Below, piece after piece: positions 27,169 through 39,000 of a DNA stretch of 64,000 nt. Position numbers and translations under genes: made by a program. Position 1 is the first letter of the stretch. Every line of letters starts with the position of its first letter. Below the pieces are notes generated by a model. The model worked only from the letters and a program-made list of their open reading frames with translations. It ran no database searches and had not been told where the DNA came from. The DNA is from Phoronis australis (lineage: Eukaryota > Animalia > Phoronida): the NCBI GenBank assembly GCA_002633005.1, contig NMRA01000144.1, forward strand, positions 1 through 64,000. The letters are read 5' to 3'.

Positions 27169-28337
27169 TGCATTCACATCTCACTACTTTTTGGAAGCTC
27201 TCTATGTAGTATACTTAGGTCATGGAGCTAGACAGTAGGTAAAGATTCCAATGTCACCCTTTGTTGTTGCCACCACGCGCGTTCAATGCTGATCAAGCCT
27301 CCTCTTATCGTCTGCACGATCTCCTGCCATCTACACAAACACGACTCGGGCAAAGTTGGCCGTGTACGGTCTGATGTCACGTGAATCTAGTAGTACTAGT
27401 AGCTGGAACAATTTTGTTGTTGTTGCCCATCTATATTCTTTTATAAAAATATCATTAACGGATATATTGTGGCTGGACCTTTTCCGCGGGGGGGTTCGAT
27501 CGAACCCCGAACCCCCCCTGGCTAGGGGCATGTATGTTGGTCCTAAGAGGTATTTTTCTATTCTATTTAACTTAGTTGATATTGTAGGGTATTGGTGGAA
27601 GTGAAACGAATGGATCACTATTAGCTAGTTTTCTAGAAAAATTTTACATGAATAATGCACCTTAATTACGATTTTGCCAATGTACAACGGCATTTCAAAA
27701 AGTTTGAAAATCTTGAACCACTTAATTATCATTATAAATTTACAATCAATACAGATAACTCTCGTAAGACTTACTAAACTATTGCGAATGCTCTTAACAG
27801 AAATAATAATTACCATTCGTCTCATTCAGTAATCAAATGTGCAACTGATACGAGACTTAGTCATAAGATAAACATGGACTGTGTATCAAGCGCTGACTTT
27901 GGCAAACATTAAACCAACTCTTACTTCTCAGCTTGATCAGGTAGGTAAAAATATGCAAATAAATGTATTCAAACATCACCTACACAACGCAGAGTAAAAT
28001 TAAGGATTTACTGATGAAGATAAGATTTTAAAAACAACATCTAATCTAAACCCCAAACCAAGTTACGGACATGGTTAGGTCTCCATTAAATTACAGTAAC
28101 AATCACATTTTCTCAAAAATCCTCTATTTAGCCAGCTGTAACGTCAGCGATCCCGACAGTTTTTGCAAATTTCGTGTAGGCAAACGCCATAGTACAAAAT
28201 ATGAACATTTAAAGAAAATTCAAATGTAGATTCAAAGGGTCACCAACTCCCGTTATTCAGAATGTGCTAGATACATGTAAGCTGTTAGATGTGCGCACGT
28301 CTGATGCACGGCAAATGACATCAGACCACCTGCAATG

Positions 28338-28390
28338 TTTTTTTAGATGTGACCCTTGTTAAGATTTTTTTAGATGTGACCCTTGTTAAG
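28338..28390. repeat. Perfect 27-bp-period tandem duplication
   Basis: TTTTTTTAGATGTGACCCTTGTTAAG occurs twice. Confidence 0.9.
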
Positions 28391-29184
28391 TTTTACAAGT
28401 ATCCAAGAAAACTGACTGACCTTGAAACGTCATATCGCAGAAATAGTTTATTGAATTCACGGTGCCTTTTGTACTGTTCTCCAACACTCTGTTAGGAAAT
28501 CTTTTTAAAATTCCCCGCTTTTACTAAAAGGGATAACAAAAAAGGATTCATTCTGATTTTTGGAAAAAATAAAGTTGCAAAAAACGAAAACGAAATGATA
28601 CATTTATTTTAGAAAACTGTAAACACAGTTTCGAGATCTAATCTCGAACGCTTATACTACACTGACACAGTTGGTTTTCTAACGATGGTCACGTTACCCA
28701 ATTAATGTCAGGTTACCAGTCAAAAATCATTTTTTTCATGTTTGCTACTATCAGAAAAGGTATTCTTTTACCGAATTAAATCTACAATTTGCTAAGTTGT
28801 TTCAATACGCTGACTTGTCAGTTAGGTCCTACATATCAACCGTTTTCCAAAGCTGACAAAAGTTCGCTGTTTAAGCGCACTCAAAGAAATTCCTCTTAAA
28901 CAAGGGGTGGAAACAACACGGCTGTCGACCTCGGATATCTCAAACCTTATTCACAAAAGTTGGCCATTGTTTACAATATTTCACGTGAGTCTAATAAAAT
29001 ACCTGATCTTCATTCTCCGGGAACTTCAAATACGAAACATTCTGTACACCGAGAAAAAAAGATTTAGCAGCACCACCTGGGAAACTGCACAAGCGCGTTG
29101 ATATTTGTTTACTAGTTTTTCGAGGTCAAAGGTTACAGGGCTGTCATTCAAATCGAATCACCCGCCAGGCACAGAGCAGCCTCT

Positions 29185-29325
29185 CGTTCAGTAACGCTTG
29201 GACCTCGCTAAAAAGCAAGACTTCGCGAGATTATGTGAGATATTGCCGTGCAGTTTAAATGAGAACACGTGACTTTGACTAGGTTTCAGCTAGGTCCTAG
29301 CGTAGGTATTAGCGTCTACTGAACG
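29185..29325 (+). mobile_element. ~140-bp MITE, inverted relative to the copy at 42515-42654
   Basis: Ends CGTTCAGTAACGCT...AGCGTCTACTGAACG. The body is the reverse complement of 42515-42654. Confidence 0.8.
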
Positions 29326-29664
29326 CAAGCCAGCTTCGTATTTGTGACCTCAATCCTTCCATTCACCGAGTCGCCGTAATAGTGAAAAAAAGACAAATCG
29401 TACTTTGATCCTGAGGAGTTTGTGCGTTTACGTGCTGACGACCGTTGAGAACAAATGCCTCACTCCACTTTGACTCCGTTTTCACGAACACAGCAAAATG
29501 TGAGAAGAGATAAATCCTCACCCAAATTCCTTAGTTCAATAGGTAATTTCACCTTTCGCTGTTTCGTTCTAATGCTAACGACTTGCTTTAAACACCGACT
29601 TCGTTTCTGTTATCCATCTGTTACTTGGTTTCGTAACAATCTCCCACCTGTTTCTGTTCAGGTC

Positions 29665-29787
29665 ATGGACGTAATCAGCTACTACACACAACTGTTCAAA
29701 GAAGCCGACGAGAATGGTGACAACAGCTTGTCATACGAAGAACTCCGAAAGAGTTTGGAAAAGTACGGATACAGCAACTTTAGCATG
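29665..29787 (+). CDS. EF-hand gene coding exon 1 (EF1)
   Basis: tttctgttcag|GTCATG... MDVISYYTQLFKEADENGDNSLSYEELRKSLEKYGYSNFSM |gtaagg. Confidence 0.9.
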
Positions 29788-32700
29788 GTAAGGTGTCAGT
29801 CACTAGAGTACCACTATACCTTTGGAAAACAAAAATGTCGCTCCGGGTGTGGTTAACAAATCTGACGAGGTTGAAGAATTATGACGACCTGGTGATGAAA
29901 TGATTGTGAAAACCAGGATACAATTTAAGTTTTGAGGACCGCCACACTTTTCAAAGCTTAAGGTCCGAAACTCCTTAATGGGAAATATCGTTTTTACGGC
30001 TAAATGCATATTTGGAATTATTGTTGACTGGGATAAACTTTTTGAATTTATTAACTTTGACCAGAGCTATAATACAATACAATCCTTGACTTTTTGTTAA
30101 AAAATGCCAATTACTGCCACTGTCTGATAGACATGCGCCGAAATCAAGCCCGGTGACTTTATTCGTTAAATACGCTTAAATTACTCTGTAATTAGGCGAG
30201 TGATACTTAGCCCAGTCAACTGAGAGTTTGGTTGATATTGCCGGTTCGAATCCACAGAAAATCAGTTTTCTTGCCGATAATGTCACCAACCCTCCATATT
30301 CTCAACTTACAAGATCTGTGATTTTGCGCACAATCCGCGACCAACAATACTGTACATGTAGTTTCAACTCCTTTGGCCCCACCGTAGCTATTCATTAGCG
30401 ACGCCTGTTGTGGTGGCACGCTTCGCATCCAGTAAGTATGTCGTCTGGAAGCTGAGATGCCCATTGGTAGAGAACAGCGCTTCCCCTGGGAATTTCTCTA
30501 GGAAAATATCGGAGTTCCGAATCTTTTGTCTATGGTATGTGCTTTTTAAAAATAATTTTGCATAAATTAGCAGTAAAGCGGATACAAACCCACTAGCTCT
30601 ACAATAACAAATCCCACTCCTAAAATGAGCAAAGTATTTCAAGGGTATTCAAATGGTAAAGACGCCTGGCTTGATTTTAGAGAACGCCTGGAAGACAATG
30701 GCAGTAATCAGTGAAAAGCACAAAACACAACAATTTTGATATTTCATAGCTCCGTTCAAAGGTAGAAACTTTATGAAGTCTATCCCATTCAACCATTATC
30801 CCAAAATATGTTTTTTGGCCATAAAAGCCACTTTTAATCAGTACTGTTAATTCTGAACTGTCGTTTGTGTTGACGTCAAATTGTTCTGCTCAGAATCGTT
30901 AATAAACACGTGAACACATCTGCCCAGTGAACGTCAACACCAACGACTCGCTTCGCTTAAAAAGAATAAGTTTACAAGATGGTTGTCCCAACACTTTGTG
31001 AGATATCTGTTCATTAACAATTGTAAACATTGGGCACACAAATGTCTTCTTGGTCTATAACCTCACCTCTATCACCAACGTCATGAACATTACAACTGGC
31101 GTACTCCCCTGCAACACCAAAACCATCATCATCGCCACGGCAACCACCACCCCCATCCTCTGCCACATTAACCTGATCATCGTTTTGCCATCTTCATCAT
31201 TATGACCACCACCAACTCCATCATCACCACCTTCATACCCACCGTCGTCATCAAAGTCAGCACAACCTCCTACAAGTTTACCACCACCACGATCATCATG
31301 TCCACCAACAACAAACACATCATGACCACTAGCGCCTTCATAGTCATCATTGTCATCACCACCACCATCACCATCATCACCACCACCATCACCATCATCA
31401 CCACCACCATCACCATCATCACCAACACCGCTACTTCCACCATCAGCATCACCATACTCATCATCATCATCATTAACGTGATCTTCACCATCACCACCAC
31501 CACCAACACCAGAACCACCATCGTCATCACCATATCATTGTCGTCATCCTCCTCATCACCAACACCATCTCCATCATGCCTATTAATCAACGTCATGTTT
31601 TGCTTTGAAGGCCCAATTCAAAAAGATCGACACGTCGGGCGACAACAAAATCACATTTGACGAATACTATGCAAGCATGCAGTCGATGGCCATGGAAGTC
31701 CACGTGTAAGTAAACAGATTGACAATCACCAGCTGGCAAATGATGGCTTTAATAGTTTATCCAAAGACTAAAATAATCAATAGCCCTCGGATTATGTCAT
31801 CTTTCTAGGGATTAACGCCCACAGTTTGCTTTTGATCTGTGACGCTTCATCCGTCTCAGGTTGCATGAAAATGTTCCAACTACATGTATGTTCCCTAAAT
31901 TTTCAGGGCGTTTATAAACTTCGTTAAATAACTAATGGCATACTGTATATTTTTATCAGATAATCTTTGTTGTGAGCTTCTCTTTTTTGATACATGCTAC
32001 AGTATATATGTGAAAACAGCTCACATAAATTTCAATTACAATAAATAGGGACTAATTCATTAAAATAGAGGCGTTGCAGGAAATGTCCCATATTTATTTT
32101 AGGAAATATTTAAAAAAACGTGTAGCTCACTCTCGGTTTGTACAAAAACTAAAACTTGACGGAGCAATGGCGATAAAATAGCGGAAGATTCGAAATGCGC
32201 TGAATGTTTAGGGAACATAGAAAAACTGTAGCAAATTAGAATTCACACCCCCAGAGCAAAATTACTAGTTTCATTCCTGCGTACTATTGTCGCTTTGATG
32301 AGGGGACCTATACGCGCTGTCAGTTTGTTTGGAAGGTCAGCTTTCGTTGCTAAGGTATTCGAAGTTATGTTTATGTCCTGACAAAGCATGTGTCAGAAGA
32401 GATCGGGCCCTCAGTCTAATCTCTGCTCGGTACTATAGTCGAATACTGGGCTGGCGTTAGAGCTAGGGCAGATGAAGATCTAGGTATAGCAAACTGACAG
32501 CCAATTGTGCTCGCAGACTTAGTCTGCGCTGACCCTAACTGTTACTTCAGTAATCCGAACAAGGTAGGTCTCCGTCGGTGATGGTCTTCGGTTACCATGG
32601 CATTTTCAGCACTGGCTTTAACCTTGTTGGGACTATCCAACAGACTGTATATCTGCCTTGTAGTATACTACTAATAGGATACTGGAAATTTTTGGGCCCC

Positions 32701-34212
32701 ATTTATACCAAAGTGAACCATTATGTCCCCCTGACAACGATGAACGACGCCAAGCCTCAGTCAGTTTTGGCACCTCTCGATAACATCACATTGACATAGA
32801 TACCTTGTACACGTACAAACAAAGCAAAAAAATTATGTCATGACAAATGCGTAGTGTTTGAACAGTATGTCTTTCCTCTGTATTAACTCCGTCATCTAAT
32901 GTGCAAACCAAAACTCACTATTCCGATGAGAGGACAACAAGAGGGGTCTGAAAAGGATACAGTTGTCAATGAACGCTGAATTCTGATTGAAAATTCACAT
33001 TCTCTGCTGCCATATGGTGCAAATGTTGAAAATATTAAGATCCTAAAATTACGCGGCACAGGAATTCTGTTTCGTTTTCCAATTCGTCGAATTTCACTGA
33101 CGGATCTGGGTTGTCCGAAAGGGTAGGCGACCAAATGTATTTTTGGAAGGGAAAATATCAAAACAATTCTTCAGAGCATCCAAAGATCTTGCCAGACTTT
33201 GTGAATGGAAGAGGTAACAATCGAAGGTGCGCCAACTACGGGCGCATATTCCACTTCATTTCACGAACAAAGCTTGATCTCAGGATCCAAAAATGCTCTT
33301 ACCCAAAAGACAAAATACGGGTTTACTAAATTTGCTAAGAACGATCTTGTGGTTGATGGTGGCACTTATGCGCCGTTGCGGCTTGCAGTATATCAATTTC
33401 TGTAATAGTCACGTAGAGGGTTATACTTGTTGAAAACCAGTTCTGTCCCATGAAAAGCGGGCATCGGACTGATTCTCAAAATCCGGGATCTTTGTGAGTG
33501 GCTATTATCGCAATTTCAATCTGTGTGTATTGGATCCTGTAGTAGGACTTATGTTCCCCCATGCGCAGTTCTCTTGCACGTGACCCCATGCTCGTTCACT
33601 ACTTGCTTTCTCAGAGCTGTGTACCCGTGTGACGAATATTCCAAGGCGAATATTTGCATTATTTGTAAATTACTGTCAAGTTTTGCCACGTAATCCAAGA
33701 AAAACTATCTTTCATGCAAGTACAAGGAGTTGCCCCAGTATTTTGCTTTTTACAGTTTGTATGTTAGAAGCTCCCAGCCTGCGCAGATACAGAAATTCCA
33801 AGTTGCAAATGCTTTGCTATGGCATCTGGCTTAATCGGTTGGAATTTTCCTGGAATAATGCATTTAGATATGGTATGGCGTTAACAAAGGCCAATAACAA
33901 CTAGTCACTGGGTATTTTTATAAATCATTATGAACTATAATCGGGTCATACTTTCGATAAGCTGCCATGGCTAAAACACAAGATAAAACGCCACTTTCGT
34001 GTCTTCGTTTCAGGAGAGCCGTGTTGACCAAAACGTTTAATGAGTACGACACCAACGGCGACGGGGAAATTGACCGAAGTGAACTGGCGGCTGTGGTCCA
34101 AAAGATCAAAGGAGGGGACCCGGATCTCATCATGAGTTGTATGGATAAAGATAAAAGTGGCAAGATTAGCCGAGAAGAATTCATTAGTACTGTGGCACCC
34201 CATCTTCAATAA
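29665..34212 (+). CDS. Four-EF-hand calmodulin-like calcium-binding protein, 138 aa; join(29665-29787,31611-31705,34014-34212)
   Basis: Three GT-AG exons with compatible phases (0, 2) total 417 nt. Loops are DENGDNSLSYEE, DTSGDNKITFDE, DTNGDGEIDRSE and DKDKSGKISREE. The acceptor at 29660-61 implies an upstream non-coding exon. Confidence 0.92.
29990..30830. mobile_element. Old foldback/TIR element in EF-hand intron (~200-bp diverged inverted arms)
   Basis: TTTTTACGGCTAAATGCATATTTGG...GTTGACTGGGATAAACTT...AGAGCTAT...ATTACTGCCA...AAATCAAGCC mirrors 30615-30830 (GGCTTGATTT...TGGCAGTAAT...ATAGCTC...TATCCCATTCAAC...GCCATAAAA). Confidence 0.6.
31115..31580. repeat. (CAT/CAC)n low-complexity tract in EF-hand intron
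   Basis: Includes a 21-bp CACCACCATCACCATCATCAC sub-repeat and ends ~30 bp before the next acceptor. Confidence 0.92.
31611..31705 (+). CDS. EF-hand gene coding exon 2 (EF2)
   Basis: ttttgctttgaag| AQFKKIDTSGDNKITFDEYYASMQSMAMEVH +GT |gtaagt. This frame is absent from the ORF track. Confidence 0.9.
34014..34212 (+). CDS. EF-hand gene coding exon 3 (EF3, EF4, stop)
   Basis: tcttcgtttcag|G RAVLTKTFNEYDTNGDGEIDRSELAAVVQKIKGGDPDLIMSCMDKDKSGKISREEFISTVAPHLQ*. Confidence 0.93.
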
Positions 34213-35769
34213 ACGGATTACTTAAGTGTCCGACTATTTATTGTTCGATACGAATACAATTTCGAGTTTACAGAAATTATTTCATTGTTTATTGTTCAAT
34301 GTCTTGTAGCGTAGGTGTCTATTTTAACGAAGTTAGTCCATTTTCCTTACCATAGCCTTGTTTCCTTTAAGATGAAACACTCATATTCCTGGTTGGTTCC
34401 CACGCGTGTTTCTGGCGACAACACTCTTTCCTCTACACATGACGTCACACAAAATTCTGCCGCTATTGTTACATGTTCGTGTTCTGTAATGTCGTTCATC
34501 GGAGTTTAGGGGAAAATGTAACTGTGTGTTTAGTTAGTATTGGAAAAAGGTTGCTTGTTGATTAAAAATTCTGTACTTTTTACATTTTCAATACATTTAT
34601 GAACCACATGATGTCACAATCGTTTTCTTCCTCTTCAGACGGAAATGCGCCTTGAAAACGAGACTTCGATTTGGACAGTCACCATTAATTGAAAATGAAA
34701 GTGCGAGAACTGTAGCAGCGTGCATACTAGTACCGAATGTAAACACGATGAATGCCCTGAACACTAAATTAAAGGTATAACCCCCCCCCCCCCGATTTTT
34801 AGTGCCCGAATTTAAACGGCCTGGTGGCAATACTGGCGAGAATGGTTGTTTTTACTAGTACCCCATGATCAACTAGATAATGGAAGTGGAGACTTTTAAA
34901 CCAGACCCCGGAGAGAGCACCCGGTGTTAATGTACAAAACGTGTACACACATATACCCTCGAATGTAATTGTTATTATATTTTTGAAATCATACCCCAAT
35001 AGTTTAAGGTATATCTAAAATAGTGTTAGTCAAGACATTTCAAATCGTGTTACACAATTATGTTGCGAGGATTTCATGATGACGTGGATTTTAATCCGTA
35101 ACTGATATGAAACTCCCACCAAAATTTCCGTTTTTTGAATCAGCCTTTCCAACACAGTCAATTGAACTTTAATTGTTGTCCGTCTTTGAATTTTGACGAC
35201 ATGGTGTGGCAAAGAATTGTTGGCCCAATCTGGCTTTAATTCCTATTTCTAAAACTCTCGCTGTTCTAAGAGATTCTACCCCATGGATACTAGACAACCT
35301 ATCGTGTGAGTACTCTTGTTTCTGCTAAAATTAAGAAATCATCTTCTTGAGTAAACCATACTGTATTTAAAGGCCTCATTGAAAGACTTATAGCTGCGTT
35401 TCACCCCTGTTAAGATGTCAACAATAAATTCTTAACTGAAGCGGTTTGGAGTTTAAAACGTTACCGCGGTCATTTAAACTTGACTTATTGCCGAATGAGC
35501 CGACAACACAAGTTACAGGTATTACATGTATGCGCCATTTTCAAATCCGCAAGTTTAGGTTTGACCATCCCCCAAAGTATCAAGCTTTCATTTAGTCCAC
35601 TAAGCAATATTGTGAATAGGATTTTATGAGAGTAATTGGTGTAATTCCATTTTTGGTTTCCTAGTCAGCTAAACAAGACGAGGTGCAGCTTTAAACACTC
35701 AGGGTACTGGTAGCTCGCCGAGGAAATCTGGAACAAGACCACCGAATCATAGAACTGTCAATCCTTGCG

Positions 35770-36059
35770 TCACGAGTTTGTTATCTGAGTAATCGGAACG
35801 TTCCACCGTTGAGAATTTGTCTTTGCCAATGTCTTTTTCTTCGACATATCACATTTGACATTTTTATTGGCACTGGCTAGTATTCGGATCTTCCTGTCAT
35901 CTTCGTCTTCGTCGACGAAAGCAATCTTCTTAGCCTTTTCTTGCTTTTCACGTTTCTCGTCAAGTTCTCTGAGTCTAGCTTCCAGTTTCTGTCGTTGCTT
36001 GTTCTTCCGGAGAACAGTCATCAATTTTTCTGCTTGCCGTTTTTTATCAGCTTGTTTAC
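35770..36059 (-). CDS. CNBD gene exon 13 (charged coiled-coil tail, stop)
   Basis: ctttggttttag|GT KQADKKRQAEKLMTVLRKNKQRQKLEARLRELDEKREKQEK...QITNS*; phase 1 matches exon 12. Confidence 0.78.
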
Positions 36060-39000
36060 CTAAAACCAAAGTCATCTTTGATAGTTAAGGGAGTAGATAC
36101 TCGTTCATTAGAACCACAGTAGACATTGGAAAGCATCTCTGTCCAGGCCTACGTTAGTGCATTAAACCAATTGAATGAGTCATAATATACATATTAACAA
36201 CCACTCTATTTAAAGAGATTGAAAATATGAATTAACACACTTAATTTCGCTTGACTGCTAATTAAAGTAGACAAAAGCTCGATTAGTACTCTGTATTAGT
36301 TAGGAACACGCAATTAATTTTGATACAGTTCGCTGAATACGACTCTGCCGTTGATGCGTGGATATAATATCACGTTGGTTCACATACTTAAGGGCGGCGC
36401 ACCAGAGGGGTCTGGGGGAGGCATAGCCCCCATTTTTCAGTGCTGTGCCGCCCATGATACTGGGCAAAATAATTGCATCACTATCGGAAAAAACATGGGG
36501 AAATGAAGACCCCATGATCACGAATGACGGCAACGACGACGTCAATTAGAGTTTGAGTGCTTAACTGGTTTTCGGTAAAATACAACAAGTTTTACAGAAC
36601 AACTAGAAAAGTAGCTTTGTAACATGGTAGATACCTTCCGCGTAATTGACTAGATATCGTCTTCGAGCTTCTTCCATGTGAGGTTCAATAACTTGAGTGA
36701 CCACCTCATGTTTGAATCCGTCCCACTTGTTCTTCAGCTCGTATGAATACAAAAGCTCTCCGTCTGTCTTGTACCTAGGTTGCATCGACAGGTTCATACA
36801 TGGAATGTTAACCAATGAGGTTGCACAACTGCATGAGTATCTTTGTTCTAATTTCGTGTAAGAAGGGAATGTTTCCGCTTTAATTGCAAGCACACACCGG
36901 CATTTCCTCAATCGTATCCAGGACCCAAGTGACATCGTGTGATAACGATGTTACCTTGTAAATCTGATCATAATGCTCCGTATTGTGAGCTTCAGACCTG
37001 TGATCTCACAGACCTCTTGAGTATAATTTTGCGATGTGCAAAGACATATAAAAAGATTGGCCAAAATGCTCTCAAAGGCCATTTCTATTAATTAATCGTT
37101 CACACTGCACTAAAATAGGACAGGGGCTTTTAGAAAACATTCTGTTCTACCGGAGTAACGCTGTAAGTGTAAACGTTGCTCCGGGCCTAATTTTGGAACT
37201 TCTCCTTACTGCAAACGCCAGTGTACGAATACACCAACCTCAAGATATGTTATTTTCCTTTTAGAAAAATAGCAAATGCCAGCAGATCGTCGTGTTTCAT
37301 ATCTGCCCATATATTTTTCCTTCCGAACGATATTTACTGTTCAAAGACAAACATGTAATCTCCCTTCTCAGTCTCTTAACGCAATGTTTCTAACTCCTTC
37401 TCACTCTACAAAATACTTCAGAGCAACTCGTTCTAGGGTACTTACTCGTCCTTGTTCGATATCATTTTGGCATGCTGCAGCGCTTCCGGTGCTGCACAGG
37501 CGAAGAATCTAGTCCTTTTGATTCGCAAAAGTTTCGCACCAGAGCTAACAAGAATTAACGAAGCAATGCCACAGCCGTTGCGAACTATTGCAAACAAGTC
37601 CTGAAAAACATAGAGATGATGTCACTGACATGAGAAAACATTTCTGTACTTGCACCCCGGTATCGTACTTAGGAGCCGGATGCGGGTCCGCCTCAAGCGC
37701 AGTAACTGATAGGTAATATAGTGCGTTCTCGGGACTTAACCAACATGGGAGATAATTGATGCCCGTAATGACACAAAAACATGAAATCTATTAACGCATT
37801 TTATTGGGTATGGAATATTACCAAAAAAGACGTAGACTTCTGAATATGCATGTTTTGGTGATCAATTACTTTCTTTGACACGTTCAATTTGCATTCATAA
37901 ATACCAACTCACGAAAACTTCCAATGGGGACAGAGTTCCAATACTGAGAAACACCAATTCCTTGTTCTTTGCTTGCGCTTTCTTCTCAACGATAAAGGAC
38001 GTGAAAGAAGTGACGCCACTCGTGGGCTCTTGCTGCTCGATCTTCCGAGGCTTGGTCCTGTCTTCTAAGCTCTTCTTGGCCGTCTTCACCGCATCTTCTT
38101 CTTCATGTATGTTGACTACTTCCTTCAGCTAAATCAAATCATCATTAAAAAATCGTGACAATAGCTGAGTCACAAAAAGCATGCAATCGCTAGTCAAAAC
38201 ACTAAAATACACGTTTCAGATTTCATTCAAAATTTGAAGTTGATTCGAACACTGACCAAAAGCATTGCCTTTGGAATTTTTTACTAATTTGAAATATAAT
38301 TTAAAATGCACGATTTCTGCTTGGCGTTGTTTTGAAACAACTGGCCACAAGACTCATCAAGGCGGTGACATACGAGTCTATCAAGGACATGTCACAGTAC
38401 ACTTCTGCAACGCAAAATCCTTCGGTTGTTTTGTAACAAAGGTCACAACCTTGCCAGAGGCAATATGGCCACCGTTGGACAACTAGCTGTAGTTTGTTTT
38501 TTTCTAGAATGCTCACTATTTCTGTTGAATAAAACGATGAAACTTGACATGTTCCACGCCACAGACCATTCTTTGATGTGTTTCGTCGTACGGTAGGTAC
38601 ACATGTACATGTATTATCTCACGGTACTGCATGAATATTCGTGCGAGTGTTTTTTACGCCCGCTTGTTTCCGCAAAATACTTACTGAATAAAAACAGTCA
38701 ATAATTCTCCACTTTTGTATTCACGTGAAACATCAGGATACAGAAAAAACAAAAAGTCCTAAAAGTTTCGCATAAACGAGCCTACAGAAACAAATCATCC
38801 ATTTACAAGTTAGATCAAGACAGACGAAAAGGCTTCGTTAGTGATAATGTCGCGTTTATGCATGCACGCTATCAGTGCGATTGTTGAAAAGTATGCATAC
38901 AATGGGATCATTTTACCTTTTCGTGCACGTCGACCCATTCTAATGCCATGGAATTCAGTAGACGTGTCTTGTCTAGCTTGTGTTTCTCGTTTTGTTCTTT

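Larger units (their letters stand above)
25170..27532 (+). mobile_element. Possible 2.4-kb CA...TG element of the 5-bp-TSD family with nested insertions
   Basis: TATTT|CAGGCCCGTAGCCA ... TGGCTAGGGGCATG|TATGT (TIR 12/14, flanks 4/5). GGACCTTT subterminal motifs are shared with 20872-21116. These could be two independent fragments. Confidence 0.4.

Noticed and set aside
27820-27946. Candidate non-coding first exon of the EF-hand gene (donor CAG|gtaggt at 27941)
   Set aside because: Plausible, but cannot be distinguished from other donor-like sites (e.g. 11767) without transcripts.
31055-31660. Long Thr/Ile- or Val/Met-rich ORFs on both strands
   Set aside because: Products of the intronic CAT/CAC repeat. 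The real exon starts at 31611 in another frame.
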